Shown one piece after another: positions 29,232 through 38,938 of a stretch of DNA of 64,000 nucleotides. A program made the position numbers and the translations under genes. Position 1 is the first letter of the stretch. Each line of letters starts with the position of its first letter. The DNA lies in the NCBI GenBank assembly GCA_018066245.1, contig JAGHRT010000008.1:17961-81960 (forward strand), given 5' to 3'. The notes below the pieces were generated by a model. The model searched no databases and had not been told where the DNA came from. It saw nothing but the letters and a program-made list of their open reading frames with translations. Source of the DNA: Candidatus Equimonas faecalis. Its GTDB lineage: Bacteria; Bacteroidota; Bacteroidia; Bacteroidales; Bacteroidaceae.

Positions 29232-30548
29232 ATGAGCAAACTCGTAGCCATAGTAGGCCGCCCCAACGTGGGCAAGTCCACCCTTTTCAACCGCCTCACG
29301 GGCACCCGCCACGCCATCGTGAGCGACGAAGCCGGCACCACGCGCGACCGCCAGTACGGCAAGGTGGAATGGTGCAACCGCGAATTTTCCATAGTCGATA
29401 CAGGCGGCTGGGTTGTCAATTCGGACGATATTTTCGAGGGGGAGATTCGCAAGCAGGTGAGCATAGCCACCGAGGAAGCCGATGCCGTGCTGTTCCTCGT
29501 GGACGTGCAGAACGGCATCACCGACCTGGACATGGAAGTGGCCAGCATACTGCGCCGCAGCCGTATCCCCGTGATACTCTGCGCCAACAAGGCCGACAAC
29601 AACATCGACACCTACAGTTCCGCAGAGTTCTACGCCCTCGGCCTCGGCGACCCCTACTGCATCAGCGCAGCCACGGGCAGCGGCACGGGCGACCTGCTTG
29701 ACCTCGTCATGCAGAAGCTGGGTCCCGAAAGCCCCAACACCGGCGAGGGCGAACTCATACCCCGCTTCAGCGTGGTGGGCCGCCCCAACGCCGGAAAGTC
29801 AAGCCTCATCAACGCCTTCATCGGCGAGGACCGCCACATAGTAACCGACATCGCCGGCACAACCCGCGACAGCATCATGACGCGCTACGACAAGTACGGC
29901 TTCGACTTCTACCTCGTCGATACGGCGGGCATCCGCAAAAAAAACAAGGTAACCGAGGACTTGGAGTTCTACTCGGTGATGCGCTCCATCCGAGCCATCG
30001 AAAATTCCGACGTATGCATACTGCTCATTGACGCTACGCGAGGCATAGAGGCTCAGGACATGAACATTTTCCAGGTCATTCAGCGCAACAGCAAGAGCTT
30101 GGTCGTGGTCGTCAATAAGTGGGACCTTGTGGAGGACAAAAGCCAGGAGGCCATCAAGACCTTCGAGAGCGCCATCCGTGAGCGGATGGCTCCCTTCGAC
30201 GACTTCCCCATCGTTTTCGCGTCCGCCCTCACGAAACAGCGCATCTTTAAGGTGCTCGACACGGCCAAGGAGGTTTATCTCAACCGGAAGGCCCACATCG
30301 GCACGCGCCGCCTCAACGAGGAGATGCTCCCCCTCATCGAAGCCTATCCGCCCCCCTCAATCAAGGGAAAGTACATCAAAATCAAGTACTGCTCCCAGGT
30401 GCCGGACACTCAGATACCCACCTTCGTGTTCTACGCCAACTTGCCGCAATACGTCAAGGAACCCTACAAGCGCTTCCTTGAAAACAAGATACGCGAGCGG
30501 TGGAACTTCTGCGGCACGCCCCTCAACATCTTCATAAGGCAGAAGTAG
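29232..30548 (+). CDS. der: Ribosome biogenesis GTPase Der (EngA)
   Basis: Two G domains: [17 protein letters not shown] and [17 protein letters not shown]. Confidence 0.97.
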   Translation: MSKLVAIVGRPNVGKSTLFNRLTGTRHAIVSDEAGTTRDRQYGKVEWCNREFSIVDTGGWVVNSDDIFEGEIRKQVSIATEEADAVLFLVDVQNGITDLDMEVASILRRSRIPVILCANKADNNIDTYSSAEFYALGLGDPYCISAATGSGTGDLLDLVMQKLGPESPNTGEGELIPRFSVVGRPNAGKSSLINAFIGEDRHIVTDIAGTTRDSIMTRYDKYGFDFYLVDTAGIRKKNKVTEDLEFYSVMRSIRAIENSDVCILLIDATRGIEAQDMNIFQVIQRNSKSLVVVVNKWDLVEDKSQEAIKTFESAIRERMAPFDDFPIVFASALTKQRIFKVLDTAKEVYLNRKAHIGTRRLNEEMLPLIEAYPPPSIKGKYIKIKYCSQVPDTQIPTFVFYANLPQYVKEPYKRFLENKIRERWNFCGTPLNIFIRQK

Positions 30549-30575
30549 GAAAGACCCTCAGCGGCTCCGCCCTCC

Positions 30576-30657
30576 CTATCGGCGGACTAAGGAAAACCGT
30601 CCTATAGACTAAGGAAAACCGTCCTATAGACTAAGAACGCCTATCCTATAGACAAAG
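30576..30657. repeat. Dispersed-family 22-bp repeat, 4 copies
   Basis: gactaa/gacaaa cores at 30585, 30607, 30629 and 30651. Confidence 0.85.
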
Positions 30658-30702
30658 ATCCGCCACACCACAGACACACAACCCCCACCCCATAAACTCC
30701 CG

Positions 30703-31167
30703 ATGCACATCCTGCACCACAGTCCTCATCATCGCCTCCTGCGCTCCATCGCAGGTATAGGCTGCGCGGCAGCGGCGGCCATCTTCCTGCTCTTTCCGGC
30801 CTGCAAGCCCAAAGGCGTGCAGACATCCGACGGCGAACTGGTGGAAGCCCCCACAGCCGACGAGGTGGAAGCAATGACCGCCCCCTACGTCAGCGGCCAC
30901 TTCGAGGACTATACCGACGGCTTCCTGTCCGTGCGCGACAAGACGCCCGCCTACCGCAAGCAGATTGTCGCCCTCATGAAGCAGCGCCACCGTCAGGAAG
31001 CGCAGGAGCGCGGCGGCATACAGTTCGAGCGCATCGTCAGCATCCAGCAGTCAGTGGTCCACCCGCGCTACGCCGAGGCTTTCCTCATCCGCTCCTTCCG
31101 CGACGGCACGCGCGAGCAGGTAGGCCAGCCCCTCGTATTCCACAACGGGCGCTGGTGGCTCCGATAG
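30703..31167 (+). CDS. Hypothetical lipoprotein
   Basis: Hydrophobic stretch ending FPAC; C-terminal LVFHNGRWWLR; in an operon with the GT2 gene and radC. Confidence 0.7.
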   Translation: MHILHHSPHHRLLRSIAGIGCAAAAAIFLLFPACKPKGVQTSDGELVEAPTADEVEAMTAPYVSGHFEDYTDGFLSVRDKTPAYRKQIVALMKQRHRQEAQERGGIQFERIVSIQQSVVHPRYAEAFLIRSFRDGTREQVGQPLVFHNGRWWLR

Positions 31168-31201
31168 CAGCACACACACCCTTTCCCCTACACAGCAGCG
31201 T

Positions 31202-32278
31202 ATGGACAATACCCCGCAGCAAGGCGCACCCGCCTACAGCGTCATCGTTCCCGTGTTCAACCGCCCCGACGAGGTGGACGAACTCCTCGGCAGCCTGTGC
31301 CGCCAGCAAGGCACCCGCTTCGAAGTCGTAGTGGTGGAGGACGGCAGCCAAGTTTCCTGCGAAGCAGTCTGCCGACGCTACGCCGACCGCCTCGACCTGC
31401 ACTATTTCCCCAAGGAAAACGGCGGCCCAGGCCCCGCCCGCAACTACGGAGCCGGGCGAGCCGCAGGCCGCTACCTCATCATACTCGACAGCGACGTAGT
31501 GCTCCCCGACGGCTACTTCGCCGCCATCGACGCGGAACTCACCGCCCGCCCCTGCGAAGCCTTCGGCGGCCCCGACCGAGCCCACGACAGCTTCACCCCC
31601 GTGCAGAAGGCCATCAACTACGCCATGACCTCCTTCTTCACCACGGGCGGCATACGCGGCGGCAAGCAGGGCGGCGCAAGCCTCGACCGCTTCTTCCCCC
31701 GCTCTTTCAATATGGGCGTGCGGCGCGACGTATATGAGAGCCTCGGCGGGTTCGCCGCCATGCGCTTCGGCGAGGACGTGGATTTCAGCTACCGCATAGT
31801 GGAGGGCGGCCATTCCTGCCGCCTCTTTCCCGAAGCCTGGGTGTGGCACAAACGCCGCGCCGACCTGCGCAAATTCTTCCGGCAAGTACACAACAGCGGC
31901 ATAGCCCGCATCAACCTTTCCAAGCGGCACCCCGGCACGCTCAAGGCCGTACACGTGCTTCCCGCCCTGTTCACCGTGGGCGTGGCCGCCTGCCTGCTCA
32001 GCATCCTTACGGGCGTGGCCGCCTGCCTGCTTTCAGGCCCCGCCTGCCCGTGGACGGGCTTGGCCATCGGCGGCCTGACGCCACTCATCCTCTTTTCCGC
32101 CGTCATCCTCACGGACAGCGCTTCGCGCAGCAAGAGCCTCAAGGTGGGCCTGCTCTCCGTGGCTGCGGCCTTCGTCCAGCTCACGGGCTACGGGTCGGGC
32201 TTCCTGCGGGCCTGGTGGCGGCGTTGCGTGCGAGGGAAAGGCGAGTTCGAAGCCTTCAAGGCCAACTTCTATAAATAG
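31202..32278 (+). CDS. Family 2 glycosyltransferase
   Basis: Motifs YSVIVPVFNR, VVVEDGS, GPGPARN, LDSD and GEDVDF; C-terminal TM helices. Confidence 0.92.
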   Translation: MDNTPQQGAPAYSVIVPVFNRPDEVDELLGSLCRQQGTRFEVVVVEDGSQVSCEAVCRRYADRLDLHYFPKENGGPGPARNYGAGRAAGRYLIILDSDVVLPDGYFAAIDAELTARPCEAFGGPDRAHDSFTPVQKAINYAMTSFFTTGGIRGGKQGGASLDRFFPRSFNMGVRRDVYESLGGFAAMRFGEDVDFSYRIVEGGHSCRLFPEAWVWHKRRADLRKFFRQVHNSGIARINLSKRHPGTLKAVHVLPALFTVGVAACLLSILTGVAACLLSGPACPWTGLAIGGLTPLILFSAVILTDSASRSKSLKVGLLSVAAAFVQLTGYGSGFLRAWWRRCVRGKGEFEAFKANFYK

Positions 32279-32282
32279 GCGT

Positions 32283-32975
32283 ATGGCAATCACCGACTGG
32301 AGCATGGAGGACCGCCCCCGCGAGCGGTTTATGGCCAACGGCCCCGCCGCCCTGTCAAAGGCAGAGCTTCTGGCGATACTCGTGGGCAGCGGCAGCAGAA
32401 AGATGAGCGCCGTGGAGATGATGCGCCTCATACTGTCCGAGCACGGGGACTCCATTCACCGCATCGAGCGCCTTACGGTGGAACAGCTCTGCGCCGAATA
32501 CCGCGACAGGGGAATAGGGCTGGGGCCGGCCAAGGCCGTTACCATACTTGCAGCCTGCGCCATAGCGCGACGCTATGCACAGGAGGAGGCCGACAACAGC
32601 AGCCCCATGGACAGCTCAGAGCGGATTGCCGCCTACTTCTCCCCCATTCTGGCCAACCTCCCCCACGAGGAGTGCCACGTCATGCTCCTGAGCAACACGC
32701 TCCACCTGCTCAGCAGCCAGCGCATCGCCATGGGCGGACTTACGGCCACTACGGTCGATGTGCGCATCCTGTGCAAGCAGGCCCTGCTCCACAACGCCAC
32801 GGCCATCGCCCTCTGCCACAACCATCCCTCGGGCAGCCTCACGCCCAGCCGGCAGGACGACAGCCTTACCCGCCAAGTACGGGAAGCCGCACAGACCCTG
32901 GGCATCCGGCTGATAGACCATATCATAGTGAGCACGCGCGGCTACTACAGCTACAACGACCAAGGGAAGCTCTAA
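32283..32975 (+). CDS. radC: RadC family JAB/MPN protein
   Basis: Motifs DRPRER, ELLAIL, HNHPSG..PSRQD and LIDHII. Confidence 0.93.
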   Translation: MAITDWSMEDRPRERFMANGPAALSKAELLAILVGSGSRKMSAVEMMRLILSEHGDSIHRIERLTVEQLCAEYRDRGIGLGPAKAVTILAACAIARRYAQEEADNSSPMDSSERIAAYFSPILANLPHEECHVMLLSNTLHLLSSQRIAMGGLTATTVDVRILCKQALLHNATAIALCHNHPSGSLTPSRQDDSLTRQVREAAQTLGIRLIDHIIVSTRGYYSYNDQGKL

Positions 32976-32996
32976 TCACCAAGCCAAAGACAGACC

Positions 32997-33317
32997 ATGA
33001 CACCCGAAGAGAAACTCGCCCTGGAGGAGCGCATCGTGGATGTGCTCCGCACGGTGTATGACCCCGAAATACCGGTAGATATTTATTCCCTCGGACTAAT
33101 CTATCGCATCGACCTGCACGACGACGGCAGCCTTGACGTGGATATGACCCTCACTGCACCCAACTGCCCCGCAGCCGACTTCATCGTGGAAGACGTCCGC
33201 CTGAAGCTGGAAGGCATCAGCGGCGTGAAAAGCCCCACGGTAAACCTCGTGTTTGAACCCGAATGGGACAAAGACATGATGAGCGAGGAGGCCAAACTGG
33301 AACTGGGGATGCTCTGA
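32997..33317 (+). CDS. Fe-S cluster assembly protein (DUF59/SufT-like)
   Basis: Motifs VYDPEIPVDIYSLGLIY, MTLTAPNCP and FEPEW..MMSEEAK. Confidence 0.9.
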   Translation: MTPEEKLALEERIVDVLRTVYDPEIPVDIYSLGLIYRIDLHDDGSLDVDMTLTAPNCPAADFIVEDVRLKLEGISGVKSPTVNLVFEPEWDKDMMSEEAKLELGML

Positions 33318-33377
33318 TCGGAGCCACCGCCCCGCAAGCCGTTCAGCAAGGACAGCACGCACTCCCCCACGGGCCGC

Positions 33378-33462
33378 AAAAACTGTCGGCGGACTAATTC
33401 ATCCTGTCGGCGGACTAAGAAAAACTACCCTATACGACAGTAACAACTACCCTATAGACTAA
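33378..33462. repeat. Dispersed-family mixed 21/22-bp repeat, 4 copies
   Basis: ctgtcggcggactaa at 33383 and 33404; ctaccctata at 33425 and 33447. Confidence 0.85.
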
Positions 33463-33523
33463 TCAACATTCCCCCAGCGGAACGTCCCCCTCAAGGGGCG
33501 ACCGCGAAGGCCACCCCCCTACG

Positions 33524-34657
33524 ATGAAACACACTACAACGGTCTGGGACGACCTCGGCGTTACGCTCCAACTCAGCACCTTTGCCGAAGGGAAAAAGCC
33601 CGAGCACCACGCCATGCTCCACGTGGAGCCCTGCGGCGAACTGTTTGAAGGGCAATACGCACGGCTCAGCGAGGCCGAACGGCGACTGGCCGACCTCCTG
33701 CCCGAAGCCCGCCCCATCGTGAAACGCTACTTCCTGAGCGATGCCGCCAACCAAGCCCCGCTCATCCCCTCCCCCACCGGCCCGTGCGCCGTCAGCCTGA
33801 TTCAGCAGCCGCCTCTGGACGGCAGCAAGGTGGCGGCCTGGATTTATCTGGCCGAGGGCTTGGACGTGCAGGACGAGGGCGGCGTTACCCTCTGCCGGAG
33901 CAACGGCTACGAGCACCTGTGGCAGATGGGCCTCACCGCGCCCGAGGGCGATTCCTACCGGCAGACGGCCAGCGTGCTCCAGACCTACGAAAGCACACTC
34001 CGCAAGCACGCCGCCACCATCGAGGCCAACTGCCTGCGCACTTGGTTCTACGTGCGCGACGTCGATACCCAGTACGGCGGCATGGTGCAGGCACGGCGCG
34101 AAAACTTCATCCAGGAAGGGCTCACACCCGCCACCCACTACATTGCCTCCACCGGCATCCAAGGCATACCGGCCAGCCCCAGCGCCATCATACAGTTGGG
34201 CGGCTACGCCCTGAAAGGGGCGGAGGCCGGCCAAGTCCGCTACGTCCGGGCCCTCACCCACCTCAACCCCACCATAGAGTATGGCGTAACCTTCGAGCGC
34301 GGCACGGTAGTGGATTTTGGCGACCGCTCCCACTGCCTTATCTCAGGCACCGCTTCCATCGACAACAAGGGGCGCGTGCTCCACACGGGCGACGTGGTGA
34401 AGCAGACCCTCCGCATGTGGGAGAATGTCGCCGCCCTTCTCCACGAAGGCGGCTTCACGCCCGACGATGTCGCCCAGATTGTGGTCTATCTGCGCGATGT
34501 GGCCGACTACGCCACAGTCCGCTCCATGTTCGCCAGCCGCTTCCCCGGCGTTCCCGCCGTATTCACACTCGCACCCGTATGCCGGCCCGAATGGCTCATA
34601 GAGATGGAATGCACCGCCATAAGGCCCCTGAGCGGCAACGCCTTCCGCGATTTCTGA
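33524..34657 (+). CDS. Multi-domain Rid/YjgF family protein (FkbO/Hyg5-like)
   Basis: Motifs LRTWFYVRD, ASTGI, FERGT, ISGTASID, VYLRD and VCRPEWLIEME. Confidence 0.75.
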   Translation: MKHTTTVWDDLGVTLQLSTFAEGKKPEHHAMLHVEPCGELFEGQYARLSEAERRLADLLPEARPIVKRYFLSDAANQAPLIPSPTGPCAVSLIQQPPLDGSKVAAWIYLAEGLDVQDEGGVTLCRSNGYEHLWQMGLTAPEGDSYRQTASVLQTYESTLRKHAATIEANCLRTWFYVRDVDTQYGGMVQARRENFIQEGLTPATHYIASTGIQGIPASPSAIIQLGGYALKGAEAGQVRYVRALTHLNPTIEYGVTFERGTVVDFGDRSHCLISGTASIDNKGRVLHTGDVVKQTLRMWENVAALLHEGGFTPDDVAQIVVYLRDVADYATVRSMFASRFPGVPAVFTLAPVCRPEWLIEMECTAIRPLSGNAFRDF

Positions 34658-34674
34658 ACTCCCCCGGGCGTTTC

Positions 34675-34791
34675 CACGCCCAAAGCAGAAAACTTCACGC
34701 CTAAAGCAGAAAGCTTCACGCCCAAAGCAGAAAGCTTCACGACTAAAGCAGAGAGCTTCACGACTAAAGCAGAAGAAGCCACGCCCAAAGC
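34675..34791. repeat. 21-bp tandem repeat, 5.5 copies (CACGCCCAAAGCAGAAAGCTT)
   Basis: Units start at 34675, 34696, 34717, 34738, 34759 and 34780. Confidence 0.92.
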
Positions 34792-34813
34792 GCCGCTTTC
34801 TCCCCAGATACAA

Positions 34814-34853
34814 AGTGAGCCGAGGCCCCAAAGCCCCGGCTCACTCTTTCTTT
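34814..34853. terminator. Hairpin terminator between convergent genes
   Basis: Inverted repeat agtgagccg / cggctcact followed by T-rich sequence. Confidence 0.6.
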
Positions 34854-34884
34854 ACCCTACTTTTCACGGCAGGCGGCCTGCCCA

Positions 34885-36186
34885 TCAGTGAGGGCAGGTG
34901 CCTTTGTGCGTCATTATATCGAGGACCAGCCTGTCGGTCTCCTTCATGCCATCATGGCCGATGCGCGTAAGATTGCGAATACACCTGTCCACGTCATCCT
35001 CTATGAGACCTTCGGCTGCCGTAACGAAGCGGTTCTGTATGGCCAGCATGGCGGACAGCGAGGCCGTGCTGACGCCGCTGCAAAGCTTGAGGGCGCAACT
35101 TGGCTTAGCTCCGTCGCACACCATCCCTGCGAGATTGGCAATCATGTTCTTGACAGCGTAGGCCATCTGCTGGAAATTGCCGCCCATCAGGTAGGTAATG
35201 CCGCAGCTACTGCCGGTGCAGGCCACTACGCAGCCGCAAAGGGCACTCAGCCTGCCGAGGCTCTGCTTGATGTAAATGGCGGTGAGGTGGCTCATTACGA
35301 GAGCACGTGTCAGCTCCTCGTCGGTGTTGTGGTTGTCGCGGGCGTAAATGACTACCGGCAGGGTAGCTGCAATTCCCTGGTTGCCGCTTCCCGAATTGCT
35401 CATTACAGGAATCATTGCGCCTGCCATGCGGGCATCGCAGGCGGCGCTGGTAACGCTCAGCATGTGGGAGAAAATGCTCTCGCCCAGGATGCCGCGCCCG
35501 AGGGGGCGGGAGAGTGTTTTGCCGAGGTTGTGGCCGTAATTGCCCTTCAGGGCTTCTTCGGCGGCGTGTAGGTTGAGCCGCCGGGCTTCGTTGATGAAGT
35601 TTATCTCCTCAATAGGAGCCGTGGTGGCGAACTCATAGACGAGGCGCAGCGAGAGCCAGCGGTCGTCGTCGGTATCGGAGGCGTCGGGCTGTGCTTCGCA
35701 GGAGTCGGGGGCAGCCCCGGCGGGGGACTGCTCTTCATCGATGAAGCGGGTGTGGGCATAGGCTATGACGGCACTGGCCTCCCTGCCGCCGGCATGGACG
35801 TGTACTTCGATGTAGAGATTGTCGGGAGCGTCGGACTTCAGGGCAATGCCTATGGTGTGGCTTTCCATATAGGCCTTGGCCTCGGCGGTCGCCTCGGGCG
35901 TGTTGTCGCGCAGCACTTCAAGGCCGTAGGCGCTTTTGCCGATGAGCGCACCGAGCGCCACGGCTATGGGCAGGCCGACCATGCCCGTGCCGGGTATGCC
36001 TACGCCCATGGCGTTTTTGAGTATGTTGGCGCTGAGCAGCACTTCGATGCTTTCGGGGCGCGTGCCGAGTTTCTCGGCGGCGCGTGCGGCACACAGGGCC
36101 ACCGCCATGGGTTCGGTGCAGCCGATTGCGGGCACCACCTCGCGCTTCAGGAGTGCGATGAGCTTTTGTCGTTGTTCCTTTTCCAT
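34885..36186 (-). CDS. Serine dehydratase alpha-like / L-cysteine desulfidase (YhaM/CyuA family)
   Basis: Motifs PAIGCTEP, KNAMGVGIPG, DARMAG..SNSGSGNQG, LSALCG and CDGAKPSCALK. Confidence 0.88.
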   Translation of the reverse strand: MEKEQRQKLIALLKREVVPAIGCTEPMAVALCAARAAEKLGTRPESIEVLLSANILKNAMGVGIPGTGMVGLPIAVALGALIGKSAYGLEVLRDNTPEATAEAKAYMESHTIGIALKSDAPDNLYIEVHVHAGGREASAVIAYAHTRFIDEEQSPAGAAPDSCEAQPDASDTDDDRWLSLRLVYEFATTAPIEEINFINEARRLNLHAAEEALKGNYGHNLGKTLSRPLGRGILGESIFSHMLSVTSAACDARMAGAMIPVMSNSGSGNQGIAATLPVVIYARDNHNTDEELTRALVMSHLTAIYIKQSLGRLSALCGCVVACTGSSCGITYLMGGNFQQMAYAVKNMIANLAGMVCDGAKPSCALKLCSGVSTASLSAMLAIQNRFVTAAEGLIEDDVDRCIRNLTRIGHDGMKETDRLVLDIMTHKGTCPH

Positions 36187-36241
36187 AGGTCTGTCCCTGC
36201 CCTTCCCCTTGCAGGAGAAAGAGGCGTTGGGGTGGGTTTTG

Positions 36242-36348
36242 TTAGTCTATAGGAGAGTTTTTACGGGCGTATAGGAGAGTTTTTACGGGCGTATAGGAGA
36301 GTTTTCCGTAGTCCGCCGACAGTTTTTCCTGTCGTATAGGACAGTTTC
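36242..36348. repeat. Dispersed-family mixed 21/22-bp repeat, 5 copies (reverse orientation)
   Basis: tatagg cores at 36248, 36270, 36292 and 36335, with a gtccgccgac unit at 36311. Confidence 0.85.
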
Positions 36349-36378
36349 CCGTCCTTGGCCGGGCGCTGGCAGCGGTCT

Positions 36379-37005
36379 TTATTTGCGGTTTTTCCAGACC
36401 AGCACTACGATGGCGCACGCCACGAGTGCGAGGATGCCGTAGCCGAGTTCATGGCTGTAGCGGGTGGCTGTCTGGACGAGTTCCTCCTGCGAGCGGCACA
36501 CCGTCTTGAGTGAGTAGCCGATGGCCGCCAGTATGATGTTCCACAGGCCGGCGCCGATGGTGGTGAACAGCAGGAAGCGCCAGTAGTTCATACGAGCCAG
36601 ACCGGCGGGTATGCTGATGAGGTGGCGTATGCCCGGGATGAGGCGGCCTATCAGCGTGCCCGTGGCTCCGTGCGCATCGAAATAGCTCTCTGCGTGCTTG
36701 ATTTTATCCTCGTTCAGCAGGCAGAGGCGGCCCACCGCACTGCGGGCAAACCAGTACACTACGGGACGGCCCAGCCAGAGGGCGAGCACATAGTTTATCG
36801 TTGCGCCGAGGTCGGCTCCGAGGGTGGCAAACACCACCACCAGCACGATGTTCAGGTCGCCGCCCGTGGCTGCGATCCATGCGGCAGGGGGAACGACAAG
36901 TTCACTGGGCACAGGTATCACTGTGCTTTCGAGCGTCATGAGCAGCAGTATGACGGCGTAGTTCAGGTGCGACAGGCACCACTGTATGAAGGCTATGCTT
37001 TGCAC
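36379..37005 (-). CDS. DedA family membrane protein
   Basis: Motifs ESTVIPVPSE, GATINY and GRLIPGIRHLISIPAG. Confidence 0.92.
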   Translation of the reverse strand: MQSIAFIQWCLSHLNYAVILLLMTLESTVIPVPSELVVPPAAWIAATGGDLNIVLVVVFATLGADLGATINYVLALWLGRPVVYWFARSAVGRLCLLNEDKIKHAESYFDAHGATGTLIGRLIPGIRHLISIPAGLARMNYWRFLLFTTIGAGLWNIILAAIGYSLKTVCRSQEELVQTATRYSHELGYGILALVACAIVVLVWKNRK

Positions 37006-37070
37006 TGGTCTTGTTTGGAAAGGATTTGTCGGCAGGGCCTACGGCGTTGTCGGCAGGCCAGGCGCACGTG

Positions 37071-38531
37071 TTACTTACTGAAGGAGCAATTCTTGTAGGC
37101 TCCGGTCTTGTAGGTGTAGGTGCCGTCCACACTGATTACCTTTGAGCTTTTCACGGTGCTGGAGAGGTCGCGCTCAATGGTGCCCCCGTTGAACGTGAAG
37201 TTACCCTTCACCTTGATACCCCTGCACTTCGACGTGTCGGTCTCGTCGAGAGGATTGACGTACTCGTCGCCGGTAGCCAGTATGTAGATGTAAGGACGCT
37301 CGTTGCTTGCGGCAGTTGGGTCTTGCTCTACGGTGAGGTCGCCCGAACCTACTTCATTGACGGTTGTGCCTACGCTGAGGCCCTTGCTCCCGTCGCCCGT
37401 GCAGCGCAGCGTAAGGTTGCCGCCGCTGATGGTGGTGTGGCTCTCGCTTTTCAGGCACTTGGTGTCGTCGCCCGAAGCGGTGCAGTCGAGGGTGCCGCCG
37501 CTGATGATGATTTGTCCGTTGAGTTCGTCGGCGGGGTCGGTGGTGGCGCTCACGTCGAGGCAGTCGCCCACGACGTTGCGGAAGGCCACGTTGCCGCCGC
37601 GCTGCTCAAAGTACTGGTCGATGTTCATTCCGTCGCTCTGTGCGCCGAGGATGTTGATGTTTCCGGTAAAGCTGCTCTTCAGCTGGGTGTATTCGTTGGA
37701 AGAGTAGGCGTGCCGCTGCGTGCCGGTCAGGTTCAGGGTGCCGGCACCGGTAAACTCGGCATGGCCCTTCACCCAGAAGCAACTCTTGCGCAGGTTGTTC
37801 GCGCCGTCGCGGAAGGTGTTTTGCGTGCCGTCGGCCAGAAGGATGCCAATGCGCTTGCCGTTCTCTATTTCAAAGGGGCACGCGCTGCTCTCCAGGCTGA
37901 TGCCCTCCAGGCTGACGCTGCACTTGTAGGCGCCCACCTGATGGAAGCTGCCGTCGGTGGAGGTGCCGCTGAGATGGTAGGTTACTTCGGCAATGTCGGG
38001 GTCGTCGATGCTTTCCTGCTCGTCGGTCAGGGTAACGTTGGCTCCACTGATGCTGGCACTTACGCGGCCTCGAAGGTCGCCGCTTATGCAGACGGTGGCG
38101 GAGGCTCCGCTATAGTGTACGAAAACGCTGGCGGGAAGGGTCTGGTCGGCCACGCCGGTGATGGACGTGAGGACGGACAGGTCGTAGTCCTCGCCGTTGA
38201 TGGTGAGCGTATTGGTGCCGTAGGTCATCGTGGTGGCGGGGTCGTAGGGATAGGCGTAGCTGACGTTGCCTTCGCTCACTATGAGCGACTGTGCCCGCGC
38301 CGTGCCGGCAAGGAGCATCAGGCTGAAAAAGACCATCAGTCCGCCGAGCCGCAAGTGCGGCAACCGACTTCTCTTTCTTAGTCCGCCGAGCCGCAGGTGC
38401 GGCAACCGACTTCTCTTTCTTAGTCCGCCGAGAGGGGAAATTAGTCCGCCGACAGTTTTTCTTAGTCCGCCGACAGTTTTCACGCTCCTTGGGCGGGTGC
38501 TGAGCGTCGGTGCAGAAGTGCTTCGTGTCAT
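37071..38531 (-). CDS. Secreted Cthe_2159/DUF4353-like beta-helix carbohydrate-binding protein; N-terminus contains an in-frame DNA repeat
   Basis: Motifs YHLSGTSTDGSF, LEGISL, LADGTQNTFRDG, FTGAGTLNL, repeated ISGGT/N and KCLK/KGL/RGIK coils; the ATG overlaps the upstream stop (ATGA). Confidence 0.75.
   Translation of the reverse strand: MTRSTSAPTLSTRPRSVKTVGGLRKTVGGLISPLGGLRKRSRLPHLRLGGLRKRSRLPHLRLGGLMVFFSLMLLAGTARAQSLIVSEGNVSYAYPYDPATTMTYGTNTLTINGEDYDLSVLTSITGVADQTLPASVFVHYSGASATVCISGDLRGRVSASISGANVTLTDEQESIDDPDIAEVTYHLSGTSTDGSFHQVGAYKCSVSLEGISLESSACPFEIENGKRIGILLADGTQNTFRDGANNLRKSCFWVKGHAEFTGAGTLNLTGTQRHAYSSNEYTQLKSSFTGNINILGAQSDGMNIDQYFEQRGGNVAFRNVVGDCLDVSATTDPADELNGQIIISGGTLDCTASGDDTKCLKSESHTTISGGNLTLRCTGDGSKGLSVGTTVNEVGSGDLTVEQDPTAASNERPYIYILATGDEYVNPLDETDTSKCRGIKVKGNFTFNGGTIERDLSSTVKSSKVISVDGTYTYKTGAYKNCSFSK
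38338..38481. repeat. Dispersed-family 42-bp (2 copies) and 21-bp units inside the CDS
   Basis: agtccgccga cores at 38338, 38380, 38422, 38443 and 38464. Confidence 0.92.
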
Positions 38532-38908
38532 TGTTTCAGCTCCTTTCTGGCCTCCTGGCCGTCTTTGACGATATAGACGCCTTTTTCCTGCCCGCCGAGA
38601 GCGTTGAGCGGACGGCCTTGCAGGTCGTAGAAGCGTGCGGGAGCGTTGCCGGCAGGGGCGGCAGGCACATTTTCAATGCCTGTGGGCTGGTCGGCAAAGT
38701 ACATACTATGCAGCGTAGATAGGTCGAGGGTGAAGGCTTCGTCTGCTCCGGCAGCCCGCATCTGCCCGTCGCCGAACGTCATTTGCAGGCCGATGAGAGG
38801 CAGACTGCGCTCCGTGCCGTCTTGCTGGCGGAACGTGATGTAGGGATTGCCGGCACTGGCAACTCCCGTCACGGAGAGGGCCAGCGCAAGGGTGAGTAGA
38901 TGTTTCAT
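38528..38908 (-). CDS. Small secreted protein with a Prevotella-type T9SS C-terminal domain
   Basis: Signal peptide MKHLLTLALALSVTGVASA; C-terminus TGIE..FYDLQGR..KGVYIV..G..K. Confidence 0.75.
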   Translation of the reverse strand: MKHLLTLALALSVTGVASAGNPYITFRQQDGTERSLPLIGLQMTFGDGQMRAAGADEAFTLDLSTLHSMYFADQPTGIENVPAAPAGNAPARFYDLQGRPLNALGGQEKGVYIVKDGQEARKELKQ

Positions 38909-38938
38909 GTGTTGGGATGAAAGATTGCAGGAGTGCAT

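Noticed and set aside
32283-32975. radC as a marker of a mobile element or anti-defence island
   Set aside because: It is the full-length chromosomal type, embedded in a housekeeping operon with no mobility genes.
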